Shown piece by piece: positions 9,657-19,736 of a stretch of DNA of 55,640 nucleotides. The notes below the pieces were generated by a model. The model was not told the DNA's origin, did not search any database, and saw nothing but the letters and a program-made list of their open reading frames with translations. The stretch is from an uncultured Polaromonas sp. (lineage in GTDB: Bacteria > Pseudomonadota > Gammaproteobacteria > Burkholderiales > Burkholderiaceae_C). The stretch's first letter is position 1. Each line of letters opens with the position of its first letter. Both the position numbers and the translations under genes were made by a program. The stretch lies in the NCBI GenBank assembly GCA_964236835.1, contig CAXSGT010000002.1:1-55640 (forward strand), read 5' to 3'.

Positions 9657-10901
9657 ATGAGTCGTCGTCGTGTCGTCGTGACAGGTCTGGGTTGTGTATG
9701 CCCGGTTGGCAACACCGTGGCCGATTCCTGGGCAAATTTGCTTGCCGGCACGCCTGGCATCGACCTGATTACCCAGTTCGACGCAAGCAACTTGGCTTGC
9801 AGGATCGCTGGAGAAGTCAAGGGTTTCGATATTACGGATTACATACCCGAAAAAGAAGCCCGGCACATGGATCGTTTCATTCATTTGGGCCTGGCCGCGG
9901 CTTTTCAGGCAGTGGCTGACAGCGGTTTGCCCACCGGCGACGCCCTGGACGACGAGCTGGCGACGCGCATCGGATGCAATATCGGTTCGGGCATCGGCGG
10001 ACTGCCTTCGATCGAACAAACGCATTCGGAATTGGTCAATCGCGGGCCACGCCGGATTTCACCGTTTTTTGTGCCCGCGACGATCATCAACATGATTTCC
10101 GGGCATGTCTCGATCAAGTTCGGCTTCAGGGGTCCGAACATCGCTGTCGTCACTGCGTGCACCACGGGGCTTCACGCGATCGGTTTGTCGGCCCGGCTGA
10201 TCGAGTACGGCGACTGCGACGTGATGATCGCCGGCGGCGCCGAGGCGACGGTGTCGGCTTTGGGCGTTGGCGGTTTTGCCGCGGCCCGAGCCTTGTCAAC
10301 CCGCAATGAAGACCCCAAAACAGCCTCTCGCCCCTGGGACAAGAACCGTGACGGCTTTGTGCTGGGCGAGGGCGGCGGTGTGGTGGTGCTCGAAGAGTAT
10401 GAACACGCCAAGGCGCGCGGCGCCAAGATTTACGCTGAAGTCGTCGGTTTCGGCATGAGCGCCGACGCCTATCACATGACCGCGCCCGACATCGACGGAC
10501 CGCGCCGTTCCATGGCGATGGCGCTGAAAAATGCCGGCGTCAATGCCGATCAGGTGCAGTACCTCAATGCGCACGGCACTTCGACGCCGCTGGGCGATCT
10601 GAACGAAACCAATGCCATCAAGGCCGCCTTTGGCCATCACGCCAAAGACCTGGTCGTAAGCTCGACTAAATCGATGACGGGCCACTTGCTCGGCGGCGCA
10701 GGCGGCATTGAATCGGTGTTTACCGTATTGGCCTTGCATCACCAAAAAATTCCGCCCACCATCAATATCTTCAATCAAGATGCTCAATGCGATCTTGACT
10801 TTTGCGCCAACACGGCGCGCGACGCCTCGCTGGAAATCGCGGTCAAAAACAATTTCGGCTTTGGCGGCACCAACGGAACGCTGGTGTTCAAGCGGGTCTA
10901 A
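9657..10901 (+). CDS. fabF: Beta-ketoacyl-ACP synthase II
   Basis: [38 protein letters not shown]. Confidence 0.97.
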   Translation: MSRRRVVVTGLGCVCPVGNTVADSWANLLAGTPGIDLITQFDASNLACRIAGEVKGFDITDYIPEKEARHMDRFIHLGLAAAFQAVADSGLPTGDALDDELATRIGCNIGSGIGGLPSIEQTHSELVNRGPRRISPFFVPATIINMISGHVSIKFGFRGPNIAVVTACTTGLHAIGLSARLIEYGDCDVMIAGGAEATVSALGVGGFAAARALSTRNEDPKTASRPWDKNRDGFVLGEGGGVVVLEEYEHAKARGAKIYAEVVGFGMSADAYHMTAPDIDGPRRSMAMALKNAGVNADQVQYLNAHGTSTPLGDLNETNAIKAAFGHHAKDLVVSSTKSMTGHLLGGAGGIESVFTVLALHHQKIPPTINIFNQDAQCDLDFCANTARDASLEIAVKNNFGFGGTNGTLVFKRV

Positions 10902-10956
10902 GGATCGCTGGTTTCGCGCTCAGGCAGACATCCGTATTTTTCCGGTTTTGCCGCTC

Positions 10957-11514
10957 TTGAATCGCCATAACGCGCCACCGGTCGCCTATCCGCTGGAACG
11001 TTCGCGGTTCGTAGGTATTTTTCTGCTAGTCCTTTGGCTTGCTGGCGTGCTCGCGGCACTGTGTTGGTGCTATGGCATTTGGCGACTCGATTGGCGAATA
11101 GGATTGGCTATAGCGACCGTGTTGGGCGCTGGTTTTGCTGCGCAATTCAGCTGGCGCCAGATGCCTAGCGGTCAAATCGCCTGGGATGGTCAATCCTGGC
11201 GTTGGAAAAGCGCCAATTACAAGACCGGCGCCACCGAGCAGGAGGTTTCGGTCATTGCTGATTTTCAACATGCGCTGCTGCTCCGGCTTGAAAACCAAGC
11301 TGGAGCGAGCCTTTGGCTTTGGCTGGAGCGCAGCGCCATGCCCGAGCGCTGGCTGGATTTACGCCGGGCCGTTTACTCGCCGCATCGGTCGTCCGCCGCC
11401 GGGCAGCACGATCTGCCGCCTGAAGAGGCTTTTGTCTCAATCGATTCAGCCAATTCGGCCGGTCCGGCACCACGCACCGTTCATGCGGTGAAAGTTCCTG
11501 GCGCAAAGGCATGA
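10957..11514 (+). CDS. Small membrane protein, YgfX/CptA-like
   Basis: Two N-terminal TM helices, W-D-G-x-x-W-x-W, LLLRL, WLDLRRAVY; ATGA overlap with rpoE; start (TTG 10957) uncertain. Confidence 0.6.
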   Translation: MNRHNAPPVAYPLERSRFVGIFLLVLWLAGVLAALCWCYGIWRLDWRIGLAIATVLGAGFAAQFSWRQMPSGQIAWDGQSWRWKSANYKTGATEQEVSVIADFQHALLLRLENQAGASLWLWLERSAMPERWLDLRRAVYSPHRSSAAGQHDLPPEEAFVSIDSANSAGPAPRTVHAVKVPGAKA

Positions 11515-12149
11515 CTACCGACGACGCACCGGCGCTTCCGGTTGAAAAACTCGCGGACAGCGACACAATGCTTGTCGAACGCACTCTGGCGGGCGAGCAC
11601 AAAGCGTTTGAATTGCTGGTTATCAAATACCAGCGGCGGATTCAGCGCCTGATCGGGCGCATGGTGCGCGATGTCGATCTGGTCGAAGACATTGCCCAGG
11701 AAACCTTTATTCGCGCTTACCGGGCATTGGCCCAGTTCAGAGGCGAAGCGCAGTTTTACACCTGGCTGTACCGGATCGCGATCAATACGGCCAAAAAAGC
11801 CCTGATGGACCTCAAGCGCAACCCGACGGTTTCGGAAAATGCTTATAAATCCGACGATGACGATGAAACTTCCTCGGTTGAAAACGAACTAACAAGTCCA
11901 GAAACGCCGGAAGCCGTTTTGGCGAGCAAGGAAATTGCGGAAATTATCAACAGCGCCATGGAAGCCTTGCCGGAAGAGCTTCGTCAGGCTATTGCGTTGC
12001 GCGAAATTGAGGGATTGAGTTACGAAGAGATATCGGAAGCCATGAATTGTCCTATCGGTACGGTGCGATCCCGGATTTTCAGGGCTCGCGAAGCGATTTC
12101 CGCAAAAGTAAAGCCCTTGCTGGAAAACCAGTCGGGCAAACGCTGGTGA
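11511..12149 (+). CDS. rpoE: ECF sigma factor RpoE
   Basis: AFELLVIKYQRRI, FYTWLYRIAINT, CPIGTVRSRIFRARE. Confidence 0.96.
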   Translation: MTTDDAPALPVEKLADSDTMLVERTLAGEHKAFELLVIKYQRRIQRLIGRMVRDVDLVEDIAQETFIRAYRALAQFRGEAQFYTWLYRIAINTAKKALMDLKRNPTVSENAYKSDDDDETSSVENELTSPETPEAVLASKEIAEIINSAMEALPEELRQAIALREIEGLSYEEISEAMNCPIGTVRSRIFRAREAISAKVKPLLENQSGKRW

Positions 12150-12245
12150 ACACTGGCAAGCGCCGGTTTCGGTCAAACCCAAGCATGGGCAAGGCATTGA
12201 ATTTTCACTGAACAATAACCCGGCTGAGCCGCCAACCTAACTTTT

Positions 12246-12887
12246 ATGAAAACGTCCGTGCCTGTCGGCGAACTCCTTTCTTCACTGGCTGATGGTCAGC
12301 TAGACAAGTTGGAGATTGCATCAGTGCTTGAAGCATGCAAAAACGACGAAACCGCCCTGGTCCGCTGGGAAACTTACCACCTGATCGGCGACGCGCTGCG
12401 CAGTCCGGCGCATGTGGCAGCTTCGGCGACGGTCGGCGCCCGGTCGGCATTTGTCGGCCGGCTCAACAGACGACTTGAGCAGGAAAAGGCAATCGGGGCG
12501 CCACCCGCTTTGGTAGAGGTTCTGCCAGTGCCGCTTGCAAATCCTGTAACTTACCTGAATCAGCGGCGCGAAGCCGCTTCTAATGATGGGACCTTTCGCT
12601 GGAAACTGGCCGCTGGCGTGGCTTCCCTGTTGGCTGTGTCGGCAATTGCGTGGAATGCGTCAGGCTTGCTGAGTCGCGCTGCGCCGCCGCAGTTGGCGCA
12701 GGCTTCTTCCGCGCGCATCGTCGTTGCTTCGCCGCAGGGAATGATGGTGCGCGATGCGAGACTGGAAGAATTGCTTGCGGCACACAAGCAGTTCGGCGCG
12801 GGATCGGCCTTGCAGGAATCTTCTGTTTTTTTGCGAAACGCGGCTTTTGATACGCAGCAAAATGCGCTTGCCGCGAGTGGGCGCTGA
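12246..12887 (+). CDS. rseA: Anti-sigma-E factor RseA/MucA
   Basis: LSSLADGQL, WETYHLIGDALR, one TM helix, LEELLAAH. Confidence 0.92.
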   Translation: MKTSVPVGELLSSLADGQLDKLEIASVLEACKNDETALVRWETYHLIGDALRSPAHVAASATVGARSAFVGRLNRRLEQEKAIGAPPALVEVLPVPLANPVTYLNQRREAASNDGTFRWKLAAGVASLLAVSAIAWNASGLLSRAAPPQLAQASSARIVVASPQGMMVRDARLEELLAAHKQFGAGSALQESSVFLRNAAFDTQQNALAASGR

Positions 12888-12910
12888 CCACGCAACGCGC
12901 TGAAAAACCC

Positions 12911-13966
12911 ATGAATTTCAGGTCATTTAAGAGGTTGGCGCTTATCCTGTATACGTTGTTTGCTATTAATTATGTAGCAGCACAGTCGCTGTCGAGCGTA
13001 CCTTCGGCTGACGCACAATCCACAGCCCGATTGCGCAGCCTCAACGACTGGCTGGTGCGAATGCGTGAGGCTTCAAGAAACCGCTCTTATATCGGAACAT
13101 TTGTCGTGTCCACCGGCAGAACCATGTCCAGCGCCAAAATATGGCATGCATGCGAAGGAGGCGAGCAGATGGAGCGGGTGGAAACGCTGACCGGCGCGCC
13201 GCGTTCGATCTTCCGGCATAGCGGCCAGGTCGTTACTTTCATTCCTGAACACAAAGTGGCGCGAGTCGAAACCCGTGATTCGCTGGGCCGGTTTCCCGAA
13301 GTGTTCCAGTCGGCAGGCAGCGGCATTGCCGATTTCTACGAAGTTCGCCAGGAGGGTGTCGAACGCGTTGCCGGCATGGACGCCGACCTCATTTCGCTAT
13401 CGCCAAAAGACAATTTACGCTTCGGCTTTCGCCTCTGGGCTGAACGCAAAAGCGGGCTGGTGATCAAGCTTCAGACGCTGGACACCGACGGAAGTGTGCT
13501 CGAGCAGGCGGCATTTTCGGAATTGCAGCTCGATGCGCCGGTCAAAATCGACAAGCTTTCCCAGATGATGGGAAATACCGAAGGCTGGCGGGTTGAAAAA
13601 CCGCAGCTTCTTAAAACAACAGCCAATGCCGAGGGCTGGATATTGAAAACCCCTGTAGCCGGCTTCACCTCGATGAGCTGCTATAAGCGCCCTGTAGCCG
13701 CCTTGGGAAGCGCTTCCGTGAGTGCGCCAGCCAGCTCAGTGGCCGCAGAGGGTACGCTGCAGTGGATATTCTCCGATGGCTTGGCTTCGGTGTCGATTTT
13801 CGTGGAGCCTGTGGACCGGCATCGAAATTTCAGGGAAGCCAGCGTATCGGTGGGCGCGACCCAAATGCTTAGCCGCCAGCTAGATATGCATTGGGTTACC
13901 GTCGTAGGCGAAGTTCCCATGCCGACGCTGCGGCTTTTTGCCAACGGGCTGGAACGTAAAAAATAA
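12911..13966 (+). CDS. rseB: RseB/MucB periplasmic regulator
   Basis: Signal peptide, SYIGTFV, ERVAG, FSDGLASVSIFVE, VVGEVP. Confidence 0.93.
   Translation: MNFRSFKRLALILYTLFAINYVAAQSLSSVPSADAQSTARLRSLNDWLVRMREASRNRSYIGTFVVSTGRTMSSAKIWHACEGGEQMERVETLTGAPRSIFRHSGQVVTFIPEHKVARVETRDSLGRFPEVFQSAGSGIADFYEVRQEGVERVAGMDADLISLSPKDNLRFGFRLWAERKSGLVIKLQTLDTDGSVLEQAAFSELQLDAPVKIDKLSQMMGNTEGWRVEKPQLLKTTANAEGWILKTPVAGFTSMSCYKRPVAALGSASVSAPASSVAAEGTLQWIFSDGLASVSIFVEPVDRHRNFREASVSVGATQMLSRQLDMHWVTVVGEVPMPTLRLFANGLERKK
12917..12978 (-). repeat. Family A motif, copy 2, encoding the RseB signal peptide on the opposite strand
   Basis: (-) GCTA CATAATTAA TAGC AAACAAC GTATA CAGGATAAG CGC CAACCTC TTAAATG. Confidence 0.75.
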
Positions 13967-14090
13967 TTTTTCAGATCAAATTTGCAGGAATTTCTTAGAC
14001 CTTGGTGCTTGGGTACTTTTTATGCTTCTTGATGCCTAGCCTGGCTCAAGTCGCTGATTGCTTAATTCATAACTATTGATGACGGGGCTG

Positions 14091-15560
14091 ATGATGTTTA
14101 AATGGAACGGCAAACCGCTGCGCACTTGTCTGACCGCAGCGCTGATGACGGCCGCGACTATCGCGACCGTGGCGCCTGTAACGCCGGTATGGGCGCAAAA
14201 TCGAACCTTGCCCGATTTCACCGACCTGGTCGAGCAGGTGGGGCCTTCGGTGGTCAATATCCGTACTCTGGAAAAAACCAGGGCCCAGGCCGGAGGCGGC
14301 GTTGACGAGCAGATGCTGGAATTTTTCAAGCGCTTCGGTATTCCCGTTCCACCGAACATGCCGCGGAGCCCGCGCGCCGAGCCCGGTCAGCCCGAAGAAG
14401 ACAGCAGCAGGCCCCGTGGCGTCGGTTCTGGATTCATCCTGACGGCGGACGGCTTTGTCATGACGAATGCGCATGTGGTCGAAGGCGCGACCGAGGTGGT
14501 CGTCACGCTGACCGACAACCGCGAATTCAAGGCCAGGATCATTGGCGCCGACAAGCGCACCGATGTGGCGGTCGTCAAGATCGAGGCGACGAATCTGCCC
14601 GCGGTCAAAATTGCCGATATCAGCCGCCTCAAGGTGGGCGAGTGGGTGATGGCGATCGGCTCGCCCTTCGGCCTTGAAAATACCGTCACGGCGGGCATTG
14701 TCAGCGCCAAGCAGCGCGATACCGGCGACTATTTGCCTTTCATCCAGACCGACGTGGCCATCAATCCAGGCAATTCCGGCGGTCCGTTGATCAATATGCG
14801 CGGCGAGGTCGTGGGGATGAACAGCCAGATTTATTCACGCTCGGGCGGCTTTCAGGGGATTTCCTTCGCCATCCCGATCGACGAGGCCACGCGCGTGTCC
14901 GAACAGCTGCGCACCAGCGGCAAGGTCACGCGCGGGCGCATCGGCGTGCAGATCGACCAGATTACCAAGGAGGTGGCCGAGTCCATCGGCCTGGGCAAGG
15001 CCCAGGGTGCGCTGGTCAGGGGGGTGGAAAGCGGTGCGCCTGCGGACAAAGCGGGAATCGAAGCTGGGGACATCATCACCAAGGTCGATGGCAAGGTCAT
15101 TGACAAGGCTAGCGACCTGCCGCGCCTGGTCGGCAATATCAAGCCGGGAACCAAGGCCACGGTGACCGTGTTCAGGCGAGGCGCCACGCGCGAGCTGCCT
15201 GTCACCGTGGCCGAGATCGAGGTGGAAAAGCAATCCGCTCAAAGCGCCGCCAAGCCGGAAGCCAAGGCTCCCGCGGCGGGGCCCGCGCGCGCGCTCGGTC
15301 TGGCCATCGGCGAAATCACCGACGCCCAGAAAAAAGAACTTAAGGTAAAGGGCGGCGTCAAGGTCGCCGCCGTCGAAGGCGTCGCCGTCCGGGCAGGACT
15401 GCGTGAAGGCGATGTGATCGTGTCGATCGCCAATACGGAAATCGCCGGCGTTAAGGAATTCGAAGCGGTTCTGGCGAAAATCGACAAGTCCAAACCGATC
15501 ACCGTGCTGTTTAGACGAGGCGAGCTGGCGCAGTTTGCAATCATCCGATCCACGCGTTGA
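14091..15560 (+). CDS. degP: DegP/DegQ (MucD) serine endoprotease with 2 PDZ domains
   Basis: LPDFTDLV, GSGFI, TNAHVV, INPGNSGGPL; start taken at ATG 14091. Confidence 0.93.
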   Translation: MMFKWNGKPLRTCLTAALMTAATIATVAPVTPVWAQNRTLPDFTDLVEQVGPSVVNIRTLEKTRAQAGGGVDEQMLEFFKRFGIPVPPNMPRSPRAEPGQPEEDSSRPRGVGSGFILTADGFVMTNAHVVEGATEVVVTLTDNREFKARIIGADKRTDVAVVKIEATNLPAVKIADISRLKVGEWVMAIGSPFGLENTVTAGIVSAKQRDTGDYLPFIQTDVAINPGNSGGPLINMRGEVVGMNSQIYSRSGGFQGISFAIPIDEATRVSEQLRTSGKVTRGRIGVQIDQITKEVAESIGLGKAQGALVRGVESGAPADKAGIEAGDIITKVDGKVIDKASDLPRLVGNIKPGTKATVTVFRRGATRELPVTVAEIEVEKQSAQSAAKPEAKAPAAGPARALGLAIGEITDAQKKELKVKGGVKVAAVEGVAVRAGLREGDVIVSIANTEIAGVKEFEAVLAKIDKSKPITVLFRRGELAQFAIIRSTR

Positions 15561-15683
15561 TTGGCCCAGTAGGGCCGTCAACGAAGGCTTTGCTAACATA
15601 GCGGCATCTTGAGGTTTTGCGATGTGGGGTTTTTGCCTACAATAAAGCTCCAGCTCTCGCGGTTGCCATGGACTGTTGGTTCA

Positions 15684-15715
15684 GGGGCGCATCATTACCG
15701 GATGCGCCCTTTTTT
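15684..15715 (+). terminator. Terminator-like hairpin in the lepA leader
   Basis: GGGCGCATC/GATGCGCCC stem, 7-nt loop, followed by T6. Confidence 0.65.
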
Positions 15716-15778
15716 ATGGCTCTTGCCGCATTGCCGCCGATTTCCCCGACACCTTCGAGCACCTGGACTTTCCTGCTG

Positions 15779-17590
15779 ATGCAAAACATCCGAAATTTTT
15801 CGATCATCGCGCATATCGATCATGGCAAATCAACGCTTGCGGACCGCTTGATTCAACGCTGTGGCGGCCTTGAAGACCGGGAAATGAGCGCCCAGGTGCT
15901 CGATTCGATGGACATCGAAAAAGAGCGCGGCATCACCATCAAGGCACAGACCGCCGCGCTGAAATACCAGGCGCTCGATGGCCGAATCTATAACCTCAAC
16001 TTGATCGATACGCCGGGACATGTGGACTTTTCCTATGAGGTGAGCCGCTCGCTGTCGGCCTGCGAAGGCGCCTTGCTGGTGGTCGATGCGAGCCAGGGCG
16101 TGGAGGCGCAGACGGTGGCCAATTGCTATACCGCGCTCGACCTGGGCGTCACGGTCGTTCCGGTGCTCAACAAGATGGATCTGCCGCAAGCCGACCCCGA
16201 GAACGCCAAGGAAGAAATCGAGGAGGTGATCGGCATCGACGCGACCGACGCGATTCCCTGCAGCGCCAAAACCGGCATGGGGATCGACGAAATTCTGGAA
16301 GCCGTGGTTGCCAGAATACCGCCGCCCAAGGGCGATCCCGACGCCGCGCTGCGCGCCATGATCATCGACAGTTGGTACGATGCCTACGTGGGCGTTGTCA
16401 TGCTGGTGCGCGTCGTTGACGGGCGGCTTGCCAGGGGCGACCGCATCAAGCTTATGGCCAGCGAAGCCACTTATAACGCCGAGCAGCTGGGCGTTTTTAC
16501 GCCGCACACCGAAGCGCGCCAGTCACTCGAGGCCGGCGAAGTGGGTTTTGTCATCGCAGGAATTAAGGAGCTTCAGGCGGCGCGCGTGGGCGACACCGTG
16601 ACGCTGATCAAGGGCGGCACCGGAGGCGCCGCCTTCACCGCCACCGAAGCGCTGCCGGGTTTCAAGGAAATCCAGCCGCAGGTGTTCGCAGGCCTTTACC
16701 CGTCGGAGGCCAGCGAGTACGAGTCGCTGCGCGATGCGCTGGAAAAGTTGAAGCTCAACGATGCGTCGCTGCATTACGAGCCCGAGGTGAGCGAGGCGCT
16801 GGGCTTTGGTTTTCGCTGCGGTTTCCTGGGTCTGCTGCACATGGAGATCGTGCAGGAGCGGCTGGAGCGCGAATTCGACCAGGACTTGATCACAACCGCG
16901 CCGAGCGTGGTGTATGAAGTGCTCAAGGCCGACGGCGGCGTCATCATGGTCGAAAACCCGTCGAAAATTCCCGACGCCGGACGCGTCAACGAAATCCGTG
17001 AGCCGATCGTCACCGTGCATCTGTATATGCCGCAGGAGCATGTCGGCGCCGTCATGACGCTGGCCAACCAAAAGCGGGGTATTCAGCTGAACATGGCCTA
17101 CCACGGCAAGCAGGTCATGCTGACTTATGAGATGCCGCTTGGCGAGATCGTTCTCGATTTTTTCGACAAGCTCAAATCGGTGTCGCGCGGCTATGCGTCG
17201 ATGGACTACGAGTTCAAGGAGTTCCGCGCCTCCGATGTCGTGAAGGTCGATATCTTGCTCAATGGCGAGAAGGTCGATGCGCTGTCGATCATCGTGCACC
17301 GCAGCCAGTCGGCTTATCGCGGACGCGCCGTGGTCGCCAAGATGCGTGAAATCATTTCCCGGCAGCAGTTCGATGTCGCCATCCAGGCGGCCATAGGAGC
17401 CAACATAATTGCCCGTGAGACAATCAAGGCTTTGCGTAAAAACGTCATTGCCAAGTGCTACGGCGGCGATATTTCGCGCAAACGCAAGCTACTCGAAAAA
17501 CAAAAGGCAGGTAAAAAGCGCATGAAACAAATCGGTTCGGTGGAAGTCCCGCAAGAGGCCTTCTTGGCGATCTTGCAGGTGGAAGATTGA
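15779..17590 (+). CDS. lepA: Translation elongation factor 4
   Basis: [38 protein letters not shown]. Confidence 0.98.
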   Translation: MQNIRNFSIIAHIDHGKSTLADRLIQRCGGLEDREMSAQVLDSMDIEKERGITIKAQTAALKYQALDGRIYNLNLIDTPGHVDFSYEVSRSLSACEGALLVVDASQGVEAQTVANCYTALDLGVTVVPVLNKMDLPQADPENAKEEIEEVIGIDATDAIPCSAKTGMGIDEILEAVVARIPPPKGDPDAALRAMIIDSWYDAYVGVVMLVRVVDGRLARGDRIKLMASEATYNAEQLGVFTPHTEARQSLEAGEVGFVIAGIKELQAARVGDTVTLIKGGTGGAAFTATEALPGFKEIQPQVFAGLYPSEASEYESLRDALEKLKLNDASLHYEPEVSEALGFGFRCGFLGLLHMEIVQERLEREFDQDLITTAPSVVYEVLKADGGVIMVENPSKIPDAGRVNEIREPIVTVHLYMPQEHVGAVMTLANQKRGIQLNMAYHGKQVMLTYEMPLGEIVLDFFDKLKSVSRGYASMDYEFKEFRASDVVKVDILLNGEKVDALSIIVHRSQSAYRGRAVVAKMREIISRQQFDVAIQAAIGANIIARETIKALRKNVIAKCYGGDISRKRKLLEKQKAGKKRMKQIGSVEVPQEAFLAILQVED

Positions 17591-18567
17591 TGCGCGGTGC
17601 GATGGCATCGATCACGGCGGTGGTGCTGGCCGCGTTTGTCGGCTATGGGGCCGCCTGGTATTTCGGCGTCGTGGAAGGCAACTTCGCGGTGTTGCTTTTC
17701 CTCGCCGCGCTGGTGACTGGCGTTTACTGGGTGGCCGAAAAGCTTTATTTTTTGCCGCGGCGCCGCAAAGCCGTCGCCGCACTTGAGGAAAACGCCATCA
17801 GACGCCAGGCCGAGCTGGCCAGGCTGGGTATCAGCCAGGTGGACGACAACGCCCTCGAAGCTCGAAACCGGCTCATCATGCAGCCATGGTGGCTCGACTG
17901 GACCGCCGGCCTGTTTCCGGTCATCATTGTCGTTTTTCTGCTGCGCTCCTTCCTGTTCGAGCCTTTCAAGATTCCCTCGGGCTCGATGATTCCGACGCTG
18001 TTGGTCAACGACCTGATTCTGGTCAACAAATTTCACTACGGCGTGCGCCTGCCCGTCATCAACAAAAAAGTGCTCGACAACCACAATCCGGAGCGTGGCG
18101 ACGTGATGGTTTTTCGCTATCCGCCCAAGCCCAGCCTGGACTACATCAAGCGCGTCGTCGGCCTTCCGGGCGACGAGGTCGCCTACCTGAACAAAAAACT
18201 CACCATCAACGGCAAGCCGTTGCCTAAAACCCCGCTGCCCGACTTTTTCGACACCGATGCGCTCCGTTACGCCAAGCAATTTCAGGAAACCAATGGCGAC
18301 AAGACCTATCGCCTGCTCAATGACGACGACCGGCCGTCATTCATTGCCGGGGCCGATAACTTCCCCTTCAGGGAAAATTGTCGCTACAGCACCGAGGGCG
18401 TGGTGTGCAAGGTGCCTGCGGGTCACTATTTCATGATGGGCGACAACCGGGATAATTCACTTGATTCGCGGTACTGGGGTTTCGTGCCCGATGAAAATAT
18501 CGTCGGCAAGGCGTTTTTCATCTGGATGAATTTCGGCAATCTCAAGCGCATCGGGTCGTTTCAATAA
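17590..18567 (+). CDS. lepB: Signal peptidase I
   Basis: EPFKIPSGSMIPTL, DYIKRVVG, GDNRDNSLDSRYWG; start 17590 or 17602. Confidence 0.96.
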   Translation: MRGAMASITAVVLAAFVGYGAAWYFGVVEGNFAVLLFLAALVTGVYWVAEKLYFLPRRRKAVAALEENAIRRQAELARLGISQVDDNALEARNRLIMQPWWLDWTAGLFPVIIVVFLLRSFLFEPFKIPSGSMIPTLLVNDLILVNKFHYGVRLPVINKKVLDNHNPERGDVMVFRYPPKPSLDYIKRVVGLPGDEVAYLNKKLTINGKPLPKTPLPDFFDTDALRYAKQFQETNGDKTYRLLNDDDRPSFIAGADNFPFRENCRYSTEGVVCKVPAGHYFMMGDNRDNSLDSRYWGFVPDENIVGKAFFIWMNFGNLKRIGSFQ

Positions 18568-18634
18568 GCTGGTCGAGCCATTGCGGTCATCTAATTTTTC
18601 ACTGATTCGAACCCCGTTCATCTAGAAGCAAAAA

Positions 18635-18976
18635 ATGAAGCATCAACAACGCGGCATTTCCCTGATCGGCTTTTTATTTGTCGGCGGCGTCCTGGCCTGC
18701 GTAGGCATCGTGGCGGCCCAGGTGTTGCCGACGCTGATCGAGTATCAAGCGATCTCCAAGGCCGCCAACAAAGCCGCCGCGGGCAGCACGGTTGCCGAAG
18801 TCAGATCCACTTTCGACAAAGCTGGCGCCATCGACGATATTCACTCGGTGTCAGGCAAAGACCTCGACGTAAGCAAAGAAGGCGAAAAAATCGTGGTGGC
18901 CTTTGCCTACACACGGGAAATTCACCTCGCCGGACCGGCATTTTTACTGCTTAAATACAGCGGCCGCTCCAAATAA
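18635..18976 (+). CDS. DUF4845 domain protein
   Basis: QRGISLIG pilin-like N-terminus; conserved lepB-rnc position. Confidence 0.85.
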   Translation: MKHQQRGISLIGFLFVGGVLACVGIVAAQVLPTLIEYQAISKAANKAAAGSTVAEVRSTFDKAGAIDDIHSVSGKDLDVSKEGEKIVVAFAYTREIHLAGPAFLLLKYSGRSK

Positions 18977-19678
18977 GTGCGAGCTGTTGCCATCTCAAAC
19001 GCCGGTTTGCCGGCATTGCAAAAACGCTTGCAGTACGAATTTGCCAACCCGAAGCTGCTAGCGCAGGCACTTACCCATCGCAGCTTTTCGGCCGATCACA
19101 ACGAGCGCTTGGAGTTTCTAGGCGACTCGGTGCTGAACCTTGCCGTTGCCGCGCTGCTGTACGAGCGGCTGAGTCAGCTGCCCGAGGGCGATTTGTCAAG
19201 GGTTCGCGCCAACCTCGTCAAGCAAGACACGCTGCACCGCCTGGCTGTCGAGCTGGGCTTGCCCGATAGCCTGCGGTTGGGCGAGGGCGAAGCGCGTTCC
19301 GGCGGGCAAAACCGGCCGTCGATGCTGGCCGATGCGCTGGAGGCCGTCATCGGCGCGGTGTACCTCGACGCCGGGTTCGACAAGGCCGAAGAGCTGGTGC
19401 GCCGCCTCTTCAAGGAGGTGGAAATCAACCCCCGCATGCAGGCCATCGGCAAGGACCCGAAAACCCAATTGCAGGAGTGGCTGCAGGGGCGAAAAATGAA
19501 CCTGCCCAATTACCGGGTGGTTGCCACATTGGGCGCCGCGCACATGCAAAGCTTCGATGTCGAATGCGAAATCACCGAGTTGCGACGCGCCGAGCGCGGC
19601 ATCGGCGGTTCGCGCCGCGCCGGCGAGCAGGCCGCCGCCGCCGCCATGCTGACGTTTGTCAATACCTTGCCTTCCTGA
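18977..19678 (+). CDS. rnc: Ribonuclease III
   Basis: [29 protein letters not shown]. Confidence 0.97.
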   Translation: MRAVAISNAGLPALQKRLQYEFANPKLLAQALTHRSFSADHNERLEFLGDSVLNLAVAALLYERLSQLPEGDLSRVRANLVKQDTLHRLAVELGLPDSLRLGEGEARSGGQNRPSMLADALEAVIGAVYLDAGFDKAEELVRRLFKEVEINPRMQAIGKDPKTQLQEWLQGRKMNLPNYRVVATLGAAHMQSFDVECEITELRRAERGIGGSRRAGEQAAAAAMLTFVNTLPS

Positions 19679-19736
19679 GTGAGCTATCCGCGTGCCGATG
19701 CGCCGCAGGCCGCAGTCCGATACGATTGAATTGACC

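Noticed and set aside
13986-14020. Possible sigma-E promoter for degP (GGAATT...)
   Set aside because: No TCNAA-like -10 element at the right spacing.
15617-15778. Long N-terminal extensions in the ORF track for lepA, lysS, fimV, sdhA, trpA, trpB, fabG, nagZ and recO
   Set aside because: They extend through upstream genes, hairpins or repeats; downstream starts match the family N-termini.
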